From IMG/VR virus record IMGVR_UViG_3300017748_000002, positions 1 to 64,000 of that record: 64,000 nt of DNA; one strand, given 5' to 3'. A model generated the notes under the pieces. The model saw only the letters and a list, made by a program, of their open reading frames with translations, was not told the DNA's origin and did no database searches. A program made the translations under genes and the position numbers. The DNA comes from a virus. Below, one piece after another: positions 35,905 through 45,542 of this stretch (positions are counted from its first letter, which is position 1; every line of letters starts with the position of its first letter).

Positions 35905-36957
35905 ATGTCTTATACACTAATGGACGAGAGCTGGGCTAACCAAGGCGATCAAAGAGTCACTGGTCCCTATCAGTATCCGCTTGAAAGAAACCAGCTCCTT
36001 ACACGAATCTCATTTCAAGCAATGAAAATACTACCACCCGAGTTTAGCGTTAATTATAATGCTAGTGAGACATATACAGCCGGACCGCCAAATCAAATAA
36101 GAACTAAAGAATCTGGAAATATTACTTCAACTGGGTTAAAAATGCGGTCTATCCCTGGTGAAAAAGCGCTTATTCATGTTCCTATTAGTTTTCAAGTAAA
36201 TGATGGATTCAACTATAGTGGTGCAGAACTTGGAGCGTTTGGTGGTGCTATTACAAATGTTCTAAATCAAGGTGGATCAGTTGGTCAGGCTGCGATGGAA
36301 GGTTTAAAAGAAACCGGCCAAAGTTTTCTTTCGCTATTAAGCGCATTCGGTGGGTCTGAACAAGAACTTGGTAGACTCGGTATTGCTCGATTAGCAAGAG
36401 GTTTACCCGTTGGATCTCAGGCTGTACAGGTTGGTGCTAGAGTTTCAGTAAATCCAAATGCACGTACCGCATTTCAGAATGTTAACATCCGTGAATTTAA
36501 CTTTGCTTTCAAGTTTCTTCCAACAAGTTTTGAAGAGTCTAAACAAGTCAAAGCAATTATTAATTTCTTCAGGTGGCATTCGTATCCTGAGTTAATTGGT
36601 GATCCTAACTTTGCGGTTGGTTATGAATACCCAAATATGTTTAGAATTAAACTGCAATACACCGGTGATGGAAGTCCAAAAAATATTGGCACTCCTATTA
36701 AGCTGTGTTATTGTAAGTCAATTAGTACTACATATAATCCAACATCTACAACTGTATTCTCCGATGGTTCACCAACAGAGATTGATATGAACGTTACATT
36801 TGCAGAATACAAAGCACAGTCAAGAAACGATGTCTTTTTGCAAGACAATGTTTCGTATTACGATTTTGAAGGTGTGGCTGATGAGAATGAAGTACTTGCT
36901 CCACCAGCTGAAGGACCTCGACAGCGTACTGCTGCTGATACACCGGAGGGATTATAA
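35905..36957 (+). CDS. gp48: Baseplate tail tube cap gp48
   Basis: NP.....F..V..REF.F.FKF.P.S..ES..V..II.FFR...YP, YP..F.I, Y.P, F.DG.P; synteny. Confidence 0.8.
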   Translation: MSYTLMDESWANQGDQRVTGPYQYPLERNQLLTRISFQAMKILPPEFSVNYNASETYTAGPPNQIRTKESGNITSTGLKMRSIPGEKALIHVPISFQVNDGFNYSGAELGAFGGAITNVLNQGGSVGQAAMEGLKETGQSFLSLLSAFGGSEQELGRLGIARLARGLPVGSQAVQVGARVSVNPNARTAFQNVNIREFNFAFKFLPTSFEESKQVKAIINFFRWHSYPELIGDPNFAVGYEYPNMFRIKLQYTGDGSPKNIGTPIKLCYCKSISTTYNPTSTTVFSDGSPTEIDMNVTFAEYKAQSRNDVFLQDNVSYYDFEGVADENEVLAPPAEGPRQRTAADTPEGL

Positions 36958-37688
36958 TGTCTAATTTCTTTAAGTCTTTTCCAATTATTGATTATAAGTT
37001 TGGTGAAAACGAAGCTACAGACAAGTTTGAAAATATATCTGTGTATGCCAACATTGTTGATCAAGTAATGAACAACGTTGCTGCTTATACTGAATATTAC
37101 GCTCTTCCAGAAGATAGGCCAGATACAGTATCTGAAAAATTATATGGAACTCCAAATTATCATTGGACTTTTTATTTAACGAATGAAGATGTTCGCTCAA
37201 CTGGTTGGCCATTGTCGCCTCGTCAATTGTTCAATCAAATTACTCAATTATATCCTAGGCGTGTGATTACAACTCGAACTAAATTAACAGACAAGTTTAA
37301 AGTAGGTCAAACAATTACTGGTAGCACTTCGGCAGCGACTGCAACAATTGCACAAAGAAATCTTAATTTTGGTCAATTATTTCTCGAGGACGTGAGTGGT
37401 TCATTTCTTGTTGGTGAGAATATTAATAGTGTAAATACCGATAATGTTACTGAAACAATTGTAGCAACCAGCTTTGAGTTTCAGTATAATACTGCTCATC
37501 ATTACGAAAACGCTGAAGGCCATATTGTTGATATAGATCCTGAAGTTGGACCGGGAGCTCTTTTAACTGAAGTAACTTGGTATCAGCGTTTAGAAAGACT
37601 GAATGACGCGAAAAGGCAAATGAAAGTTATTAAACCATCAATCATTCGTGAAGTCGCTAGATCGTTTAGAGATACTGTTGGAACATAA
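36957..37688 (+). CDS. gp53: Baseplate wedge subunit gp53
   Basis: FF..FP.I.Y, DRPDTVS.KLYG...YHW, WPL, HHYE, ND.KR..K.IKP. Confidence 0.85.
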   Translation: MSNFFKSFPIIDYKFGENEATDKFENISVYANIVDQVMNNVAAYTEYYALPEDRPDTVSEKLYGTPNYHWTFYLTNEDVRSTGWPLSPRQLFNQITQLYPRRVITTRTKLTDKFKVGQTITGSTSAATATIAQRNLNFGQLFLEDVSGSFLVGENINSVNTDNVTETIVATSFEFQYNTAHHYENAEGHIVDIDPEVGPGALLTEVTWYQRLERLNDAKRQMKVIKPSIIREVARSFRDTVGT

Positions 37689-39043
37689 TGCCTCCTATTG
37701 AAAGAACAAAATCATCGTTTGAACTCGACCAGGTGTTGCTTGAATCTGAGCGACTGCCAAAATCTGTTGACCTGAAAAGAGTCGTTACTGATTTAGATAT
37801 ATTTGAACACCTTGATAAACCATATCTTACTGCAGAAATGTCTATAGCCGATCAGACAAATCTTTACGAAACTGCTGGTATAATTGGCGGTGAAAGAATT
37901 ACAATTACTATTACGTCGGCCAAAGATGATGTTTCTGTACCAATCACCAATCATTTTTACGTTACTAAAGCAAAAGTAATTTATGCTAATGATGATTCAC
38001 AACTTGTAATCTTTAGTCTTATTGAAGACATTGCTTTCATATCAAACTTATATAACGTCAATCGACATTATTCTGGTAAGTGCGGAAACATTATTGAAAA
38101 AATAGCAAAGCAATATTTCAAAGAACAACTGAGCTCAGACGAACCACTTAGCCAACTAAAAAATGAAAATCAAAATTTACACTTGATTGTTCCAAATATG
38201 GATCCATTAGAAGCTATGCAATGGGTGCGAAATAGAGCAACAACAGTTGAAGGATTTCCGTTCTATCTGCATTCGTCTTTGACAAAGGATAGTTTGTTTT
38301 TTAGAGATCTTGGTACACTCTTAACTCAACCAGTGATTAATCCAATTGAACGCTTTAGAATTGACAAAGCTTCTCTTGATTCTCCAAGTAATAAAATGAT
38401 TATTAATCATAAATTTGAGTCATTTCAAAATATTGTAACCATGATTGCAAAAGGCTTAATTGGATCTAGTTATCGTTATATCGACACTACACAAGAAACC
38501 AGTCGGACTTTTTCTTTTGATGTGAGAAGAGATCTATACGATGTGCTGATTGAAAAAGGATTTATGGCTGGCCAAGAAAATCCAGAGTTCTCGACATTAT
38601 ACAAAGTTAATGAAAAATCATTTAACGAATATAGAAGTAGAGACATCACACGAATTGGTGGATCTAACTCTCAACGTAATTTCTTTTGGAATGATGACCA
38701 AGAACACACATGGGACAATGGCTATTCAGAATCAAAAACTGCAGCTGGTTACAAACAGGTTGTAATTTCATGTGTAATGGATGACATCATCAAGAGAGCT
38801 CCTTTTACTATGATTGTTGATGGAATCAACTTTATTGACGGTGATAAACATTCAACAATTGGAAATAATATTGCTGTTGAATTTCCAAAGGCAACTGCTG
38901 ACAGAGATACAGGATCAAATCAAATAGATACAAGAAGGTCAGGCAATTATTTGATTTTTGCTTGTCGGCATATGTTTAAGAAAGAAAAATATGAAGTGTC
39001 TCTTTCATGCGTAAAGATGGGAGATTTGAGACAGAATGACTAG
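37688..39043 (+). CDS. Putative baseplate hub protein (gp27-like)
   Basis: 451 aa between gp53 and gp5; IFE.L..PYL.A...I.D, P...P..A..W, SG.YLI...RH.F. Confidence 0.6.
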   Translation: MPPIERTKSSFELDQVLLESERLPKSVDLKRVVTDLDIFEHLDKPYLTAEMSIADQTNLYETAGIIGGERITITITSAKDDVSVPITNHFYVTKAKVIYANDDSQLVIFSLIEDIAFISNLYNVNRHYSGKCGNIIEKIAKQYFKEQLSSDEPLSQLKNENQNLHLIVPNMDPLEAMQWVRNRATTVEGFPFYLHSSLTKDSLFFRDLGTLLTQPVINPIERFRIDKASLDSPSNKMIINHKFESFQNIVTMIAKGLIGSSYRYIDTTQETSRTFSFDVRRDLYDVLIEKGFMAGQENPEFSTLYKVNEKSFNEYRSRDITRIGGSNSQRNFFWNDDQEHTWDNGYSESKTAAGYKQVVISCVMDDIIKRAPFTMIVDGINFIDGDKHSTIGNNIAVEFPKATADRDTGSNQIDTRRSGNYLIFACRHMFKKEKYEVSLSCVKMGDLRQND

Positions 39044-40040
39044 TTTATACAAACAATTTTATGGTGACGGAACAAGATGGTTTATAGGTGAAGTGACATC
39101 TATTAAAGATCCTCTTCAACTCGGTCGAGTGAGAGTTCAGATTGAAGGTATTCATCACGACAATAGTAATCTAATACCGCGGCACAGGTTACCTTGGGCG
39201 CAATGTTTAGTGCCTATCACTGAAGGTGGTACGAATGGATATGGAAATAATCTAGGAATTCAAGTTGGTGCTAGAGTTTTCGGTGTTTTCCTTGATGGCA
39301 CAGATTCTCAATTACCGTTAGTTATGGGTACGTTGCCTAAATTTGAAAATACTACAAATGCTGATGGTACAATCAATCTTGCAAGAAACAATAGTGACGT
39401 ACAGAATAAATCAACAAATGTTTTAGCAACTGGAACAAATACATTAGTTGCTCGAAAAGTTTCAAACCAGACTGATCCAGTAAAAATTGCAAAAGATGCA
39501 AATTCTCGTGGAGGTGAAGAGCCGTTTGACGAACCGGATTCTCCATACAACACAATATATCCAATGAACTACGTCCATGAAACTCCTCGTGGAAATGTAA
39601 TTGAAATTGATGATTCTCATGATAGCGATGGTGATGGTAATATTACCGACTATTCACGTATTCACATTTATCATCGTTCAGGTTCCTTTGTTGAAATGCA
39701 CCCGAATGGAGATGTGGTCACTCACCACAAGAACGGATTCAAAGCAGTACATGGTAATGACAAGGTTTATATTACCGGTGATTTAGATATTACAGTCAAC
39801 GGTAACATGAATGTTAATGTCAAAGGAAATCTTACAGAAAATATTACTGGTAGCATGGATACAAATGTAACAAAAGATATTACTACTGACGGCAAAACTA
39901 TTAACTTGAATAATGGAAGTAAAGAAACAGATGGTGCTGCACGATTAAATGATACAACTGTTGATAATGATACTGAAATCAATGGAAATGACGCTGGTGT
40001 AATTACAAGCAGTTCTCAGACAGTATTCATTGGAGACTAG
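39036..40040 (+). CDS. gp5: Baseplate central spike gp5 (OB-fold plus beta-helix, no lysozyme domain)
   Basis: WFIGEV...DPLQLGRVRV.I.G.H, LPWA, VFG.FLDG...Q.P.V.G, YP.N.V.ET..G...E.DD, V.GN repeats. Confidence 0.88.
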   Translation: MTSLYKQFYGDGTRWFIGEVTSIKDPLQLGRVRVQIEGIHHDNSNLIPRHRLPWAQCLVPITEGGTNGYGNNLGIQVGARVFGVFLDGTDSQLPLVMGTLPKFENTTNADGTINLARNNSDVQNKSTNVLATGTNTLVARKVSNQTDPVKIAKDANSRGGEEPFDEPDSPYNTIYPMNYVHETPRGNVIEIDDSHDSDGDGNITDYSRIHIYHRSGSFVEMHPNGDVVTHHKNGFKAVHGNDKVYITGDLDITVNGNMNVNVKGNLTENITGSMDTNVTKDITTDGKTINLNNGSKETDGAARLNDTTVDNDTEINGNDAGVITSSSQTVFIGD

Positions 40041-40048
40041 TATAAATA
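40041..40048 (+). promoter_or_regulatory. T4-type late promoter
   Basis: TATAAATA immediately upstream of gp25. Confidence 0.75.
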
Positions 40049-40066
40049 GGTTCAAAGGAATTATAA

Positions 40067-40507
40067 ATGGCACGTCAATTTGCAGTAGAAGATGGTAATT
40101 TACAAACACGCTCTATAGTAACGTCTCGTACAGTTAATTATAAAGATGTTGACTTGACGTTTTCCAAAAAAGCGAATAACGATATCTTCAAAAAAGAAGA
40201 TGCCGCAGCTGTAAAACAAGCAGTAAAAAATATATTAATGACGAATCCTGGTGAAAAACCATTTCGTCCTTTTTACGGCGCTGGTCTAAATCGATTTCTT
40301 TTTGAATTAAGCGAAGGCTTAGAAGAAGACGAAATACAAGATGCTGTGGCTGAAGCTATTAGTAGAGACGAACCAAGAGCTGCGTTGCTCGGAGTTAAAT
40401 CTACTGTTGATGCAGACAATAATTCTATTAGAGTTCGTGTAGCATTTAGAGTACTGAACACTAGCGCAGTCGAAGAAATTTCAATTGATCTCACGAGGTT
40501 AAGATAA
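40067..40507 (+). CDS. gp25: Baseplate wedge subunit gp25
   Basis: YKDVDL.F, AVKQAVKNI..T..GEKPF.P.YG......LFE, EPR. Confidence 0.92.
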   Translation: MARQFAVEDGNLQTRSIVTSRTVNYKDVDLTFSKKANNDIFKKEDAAAVKQAVKNILMTNPGEKPFRPFYGAGLNRFLFELSEGLEEDEIQDAVAEAISRDEPRAALLGVKSTVDADNNSIRVRVAFRVLNTSAVEEISIDLTRLR

Positions 40508-42345
40508 TGGCAATTATCACATCATCAAGTCTTGATTTTGATACAATCAAACAAGCGTTAAAAACGAAACTACAAGCATCGAGCGAATTTGCTGACTACG
40601 ACTTTGAAGGCGCTGGCTTGTCTAACATTCTTGATGTATTGGCTTATAATACACACTTGAACGGCCTTGTTGCAAACATTGCTATCAATGAAACATTTTT
40701 AAATTCTGCTCAACTTCGTTCTTCAGTTGTATCTCATGCTGAAACAATTGGTTATTATCCTCATTCAAAAACTGCATCTCTTGCTACAATATCTGCTTCA
40801 GTTGCAACTTCAGACACTGTAACTGCTCAAGCAACTCTTCCAGCAAATACTACTTTCACTGGCACAATTGGTGACACATCATATACTTTCCAGACTCTTG
40901 AAGCATTTACTGCCGCCAACGATGGGGCCGGAAACTTTGCATTTCTTAATTCTTCTGGTACTGCATCTTTGTCAATCAAAGAAGGTACACTAAAAACTAA
41001 AACGTTTATTGTTGGTGATTCTACTGAAGAGCAAGTTTATATCATTCCTGATACTGAGCTTGATAAGAATACTATGAAAGTAGATGTATTTGATACAACT
41101 ACATCATCATCTTTTACGTCATACTCGAATGTTGAAAATACTGTAAGAATTGAATCAACCTCAACCATTTTCATTGTTCGTGAAACACCGAATGGCTTTT
41201 TTGAATTGATCTTTGGTGAAGGAAATGTTCTTGGTAAATCTCCAAGTGCTGGTAATAAAATTGTAGTTACGTATCTTGCAAGTAACGCTGCAGATGCAAA
41301 TGGTATTTCTACATTTACAGCAGACGACGATATTAGAATTAATGGAAGTGATTATACACTGAATGTTACAACTCTTACCGCATCAGCGGCAGGTGATGAT
41401 AAAGAATCAATTACTTCGATTAAAAGAAACGCTCCACTTGTTTTTGCTTCTCAACAAAGACTTGTAACTGCTGATGACTATAAAGCAATTATCGGCCAAC
41501 GATTTAACTCACTGATTAGTGATGTTATATCTTGGGGTGGTGAAGACAATGTTCCAGCAATCTATGGACGCACTTATGTCTCAATCAATTTCTTTGAGAA
41601 TATTCCAGAAGATATTCAGACTGCAACAAAGAATACAATCGCTACTACTATCTCAGAAAACTTGGCAGTCATGTCGATTGATACAGTCTTCGCTGATCCA
41701 GCTTTTACTTTTATTGAACTCAGAGTTAAATTTGACTTTGATCCAGAATTGACTAATGTTACTCTTGACACAACACAAAATAATATCAAATCAGCTGTTG
41801 CATCTTATTTCACTGAAAATCTTGGTATGTTCAATAAATCATTTAGACAATCTGGTTTAATTACTGCTATCGATGCTCTTTCTCCAGCAATTTTAAACTC
41901 GTCAATGACCGTGAAAGCTCAAAGAAGATTTGCTCCTACATTGAACACAGTTGGTAATTATACTGTTGATTTTCCAATGCCTATTGCTGCTCCAGATGAT
42001 GTTAACTTTGTTCTTACTTCTTCGTCAGTTACATACGATGGCAAAACCAGCGTTTTAAGAAATAGACTATCATCAACTACTATTGAAGTCTTTGATACTA
42101 TCAATGGTGTTGTGGTAGAGGATAACGTAGGATCCTACAATAAAGATACTGGAGTTATTACTTTCACTGGCTTTGGTTCTAAACTTTCTGCTTATGTTGG
42201 TGATGCTATTAAAATATCAGTCACACCGGCAAATCAACAAACAATTAAACCTTTGAGAAACTATATTCTTGATATTGATTTGAGCCTCACGACTGCTTCA
42301 GGTACGATTGATAACGATAACACTACAACTTCATTGACAGTATAA
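40507..42345 (+). CDS. gp6: Baseplate wedge subunit gp6
   Basis: LDFDTIK..L......EFADYDFEGAGLSNILDVLAYNTH, E.FL.SAQLRSSVVS.A, Q.R.VT..DY, WGGED. Confidence 0.93.
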   Translation: MAIITSSSLDFDTIKQALKTKLQASSEFADYDFEGAGLSNILDVLAYNTHLNGLVANIAINETFLNSAQLRSSVVSHAETIGYYPHSKTASLATISASVATSDTVTAQATLPANTTFTGTIGDTSYTFQTLEAFTAANDGAGNFAFLNSSGTASLSIKEGTLKTKTFIVGDSTEEQVYIIPDTELDKNTMKVDVFDTTTSSSFTSYSNVENTVRIESTSTIFIVRETPNGFFELIFGEGNVLGKSPSAGNKIVVTYLASNAADANGISTFTADDDIRINGSDYTLNVTTLTASAAGDDKESITSIKRNAPLVFASQQRLVTADDYKAIIGQRFNSLISDVISWGGEDNVPAIYGRTYVSINFFENIPEDIQTATKNTIATTISENLAVMSIDTVFADPAFTFIELRVKFDFDPELTNVTLDTTQNNIKSAVASYFTENLGMFNKSFRQSGLITAIDALSPAILNSSMTVKAQRRFAPTLNTVGNYTVDFPMPIAAPDDVNFVLTSSSVTYDGKTSVLRNRLSSTTIEVFDTINGVVVEDNVGSYNKDTGVITFTGFGSKLSAYVGDAIKISVTPANQQTIKPLRNYILDIDLSLTTASGTIDNDNTTTSLTV

Positions 42346-42346
42346 A

Positions 42347-43312
42347 ATGGCTATTAGCGCAATAGATAAAAATAGAAGAGACCCTACTCTTTTTACTTCA
42401 AAAGTAGATCAGGTTTTACCTGAGTACTTTCAAGAAGATAATTCTAAACTCATTTCTCTTCTTGAAGAATATTATAAAAGTCTTGATAGTGACAATGGAA
42501 CTATTAACTTTTCTGAAAAAATACGTGATGTTTTTGCAGCAAGAGATATTGCAGAAACTGATGATACATACTTAGATCAATTGATTGGTGAGATTGGTAA
42601 CGGATTAAAAGCATCTAGTTTCTTCGATCAACCTCGCTTAATGGCTCGTCTTCTTGCACGATTTTATCAAGCAAAAGGTACACGAAACTCTGCTGAAGGT
42701 TTCTTTCGTGGATTCTTTAACGAAGAAGCTGAAATCATTTACCCAAAGAAAGATCTTTTTATTGTAGGTGAATCACAACTTGGATTTGATTCTCAGAAAA
42801 GATTGATAGATAATCGTAGGTTCCAAGTTCTTTCAATTTTAGTTCGATCAGGTCTTTCTGTATCTGACTATGAAAATTTATATAAGAAGTTTGTACACCC
42901 GGCTGGTTTCCACTTTGCTGGTGATGTTGTGTCTGTTGGAAGTGCTTCTTTTACTCCGACAGTTACTACACATGATCCACTTGAAGTTCCAGAGCTCGCA
43001 GCGATTTACTTGTCAGAAGTAGAACTTGCACCTAGAACTTTATTCGGTGAAACAACTCTTCTATATGATTCAAGTGATGGTACTCAATTCCGTGTTGATA
43101 CTATTCAACAAGAATTACTTTACTACACAGTTGATTCAGATCTTACAGCTAGTGTCTGGGGTAAATACTATGACGACATTAAAACAATTCTCAATCCGAA
43201 TTCGTTTACATTTGATGATAGTGCTACATCCGGCCGCCCAGACTTTGCAATGACTGTAGAAACTATGGATAATGACTACTTTACTCGCATTTCATCTGAC
43301 TCTGCGATATAA
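42347..43312 (+). CDS. gp7: Baseplate wedge initiator gp7-like (short)
   Basis: LPEYFQED...LL..YY, FYQAKGT..S...FFR.FFNE, K.FVHPAGF; follows gp6. Confidence 0.7.
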   Translation: MAISAIDKNRRDPTLFTSKVDQVLPEYFQEDNSKLISLLEEYYKSLDSDNGTINFSEKIRDVFAARDIAETDDTYLDQLIGEIGNGLKASSFFDQPRLMARLLARFYQAKGTRNSAEGFFRGFFNEEAEIIYPKKDLFIVGESQLGFDSQKRLIDNRRFQVLSILVRSGLSVSDYENLYKKFVHPAGFHFAGDVVSVGSASFTPTVTTHDPLEVPELAAIYLSEVELAPRTLFGETTLLYDSSDGTQFRVDTIQQELLYYTVDSDLTASVWGKYYDDIKTILNPNSFTFDDSATSGRPDFAMTVETMDNDYFTRISSDSAI

Positions 43313-43315
43313 ATA
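43308..43315 (+). promoter_or_regulatory. T4-type late promoter
   Basis: TATAAATA overlapping gp7 stop, upstream of 43337. Confidence 0.7.
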
Positions 43316-43336
43316 ACCATTATAGGATTTAGATAA

Positions 43337-44158
43337 ATGGCAAGACAAAATATCAATACTGGCAGTACTGCGAATGACGGAACTGGTGATACGCTGAAAG
43401 CTGCTGGTACAAAAATTAATACTAACTTCGTTGAGCTCTATAGCTTTTTAGGTGGTGGAGATAGCAATAACCTGTCTTCACAAGTAACATTTGAAGATAG
43501 TGCGGTAGTATTTGAAGGTGCTACTGCAGACGCTCATGAAACTCGACTGGTTGCAAGTAATGTAACTGCTGATGTCAAAATTACTTTGCCAGACTCTGAT
43601 GGTATTGTAACGTTGAATGGTGCTACTCAGACTTTGTCAAACAAAACAATAAGTACACCTATCATTAATCGACCTCAGATTTTACATTGTATCAACGATT
43701 CATCAGGTAACCCGTTTATTAACTTTACTCGATCGGCGTCGTCTGTTAACCAGATTACAGTTATTAATGCTGCAGCTTCTGGTAAACCTCAAATCAATGC
43801 AACTGGTACAGACGGTAACATTAATCTAAACATTAACGCTAAAGGTACTGGATCGGTTGAAGTAAGTAAGGTTGCTTACGAATCGGTTACAATTACTTCG
43901 AACGGTACTGCATCAACGGCAGCTTCATATATTATATGTAATAAAGGTTCAGCTCTTGCTGTTGCATTGGCAGATGGAACGACAACTGGTGAATATAAAA
44001 TCTTTACAAACAAAGGAGCCGGGACTGCAACAATTACGCCTACAAGTTTTGGCACTAATACTAGTTTCGCAATTGCTCAAAATGAAGGAGCACAATGCAT
44101 ATGGGATGGTTCCAACTGGTTCCTCGTAGGCAATCAATCAGTAACAACGGTGGTATAA
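43337..44158 (+). CDS. Baseplate/tail-fibre connector with gp9/gp10-type N-terminus
   Basis: MARQNINTG..ANDGTGDTL..AG.KIN.NF.ELY. Confidence 0.75.
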   Translation: MARQNINTGSTANDGTGDTLKAAGTKINTNFVELYSFLGGGDSNNLSSQVTFEDSAVVFEGATADAHETRLVASNVTADVKITLPDSDGIVTLNGATQTLSNKTISTPIINRPQILHCINDSSGNPFINFTRSASSVNQITVINAAASGKPQINATGTDGNINLNINAKGTGSVEVSKVAYESVTITSNGTASTAASYIICNKGSALAVALADGTTTGEYKIFTNKGAGTATITPTSFGTNTSFAIAQNEGAQCIWDGSNWFLVGNQSVTTVV

Positions 44159-44159
44159 T

Positions 44160-45539
44160 ATGGCAGCAATTGTAACAGACGCGCTTAAACATCAAATCGC
44201 GCTTAATTTCTTCACTGAAGTCACAAGCACAACTGACTCAAATGAGTACTTTATTGGCATCGGTAAGACAGACACTTATGATTCATCTGACACTACTGCT
44301 ACTCCACTTAGCCATCAATTCGATTCTCGTATATCTCGCGGTAATCTTGAATCAATTAAGAAAATTACTGCAACTTCTTTTGTCGCGACAAGACATAACT
44401 GGTCTTCAGGTACAACATATTCTGCTTGGAATGATAAACAAGTAGGTTATCCAACACAACCATACTATGTACTGACCGAAGATAACGAAGTTTATATCTG
44501 TATTCAACAAAGCCAGAGTGCAACCGGTTCTGCAAACCCATCAACAGTCAAGCCATCTTATAGCGCCGCTGGTGCGAGTGTCTCGTCTGTATTTGAAACT
44601 TCTGATGGTTATCGTTGGAAGTATCTCTATTCTATCTCAGCTGGTGAAGCTACTAACTTCTTGACTGCTGGATTTTTTCCAACACAAAAAGTTCTAGTTG
44701 ATTCTGGTGCAGCCACTGCTTTCCAACTTCTACAGTTGAACGTTCAAAACTTTTCAACTGGTGGACAGATTCTTGGAGCAGAAATCGTAGATGGTGGTTC
44801 AGGTTATACTTCTGCACCAACAATCGCTTTCCGCGGAAACGGTGCGGGAGCTGCAGCTAGTGCTACAATCTCTGGTGGTCGTATTGTAAAAGTTACTATG
44901 GACAATGAATCTGCTGGTATGGGTTCAGGATATGATTATAGCTCAATCTCGCTCTCAGGCGGTGGAGGAACTGGTGGTTCATTAAGACCAATCATTGGTC
45001 CACGTGATGGCTTTGGATTTGATGCTCGTAAAGATTTGAAATCTTCAAGTGTTTTGTCAAACGTTAAAGCTGATGGTACCGAAACTGGAACATTTAATAT
45101 CACTAACGATTACAGACAAATTCTTGTTTTGAAAAACTTAGACCTCACTGATTCTGCTTCTCCCGGTGGTAGATATTCTGGAACATCTTCAAAAGTGAAT
45201 CGCCAATTAACTCTTACAACTGATATTGCTACAACTGGATTTTCTGTTGATGAAATTATTACTGGCGGAACTTCTGGAGTAACTGCATTTGTTGATGAAG
45301 TTGACTCAAATAGTGGTTTCACTATTCGATTCCATCAAAACGAAAAGACTCAAAACGGTCACTTCCAAAATTCAGAAGCATTAACTGGTAACTTAGGTGG
45401 ATCAGGTACAGTTGATAGTGGCAACCTCTTTAGTCCTGTTGATATTTACTCTGGAGATTTGTTATACATAGAGAATAGAGCAAGAATTGTTCGATCTTCG
45501 TCTCAAACCGAAGACCTTAAAGTTATATTGACGGTGTAA
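44160..45539 (+). CDS. gp8: Baseplate wedge subunit gp8
   Basis: MAAIVT, R.NW.SGT.Y, YYV.T....VYIC, DGYRWKYLY, SGD.LYIENR, Q.ED.K.I. Confidence 0.85.
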   Translation: MAAIVTDALKHQIALNFFTEVTSTTDSNEYFIGIGKTDTYDSSDTTATPLSHQFDSRISRGNLESIKKITATSFVATRHNWSSGTTYSAWNDKQVGYPTQPYYVLTEDNEVYICIQQSQSATGSANPSTVKPSYSAAGASVSSVFETSDGYRWKYLYSISAGEATNFLTAGFFPTQKVLVDSGAATAFQLLQLNVQNFSTGGQILGAEIVDGGSGYTSAPTIAFRGNGAGAAASATISGGRIVKVTMDNESAGMGSGYDYSSISLSGGGGTGGSLRPIIGPRDGFGFDARKDLKSSSVLSNVKADGTETGTFNITNDYRQILVLKNLDLTDSASPGGRYSGTSSKVNRQLTLTTDIATTGFSVDEIITGGTSGVTAFVDEVDSNSGFTIRFHQNEKTQNGHFQNSEALTGNLGGSGTVDSGNLFSPVDIYSGDLLYIENRARIVRSSSQTEDLKVILTV

Positions 45540-45542
45540 AGA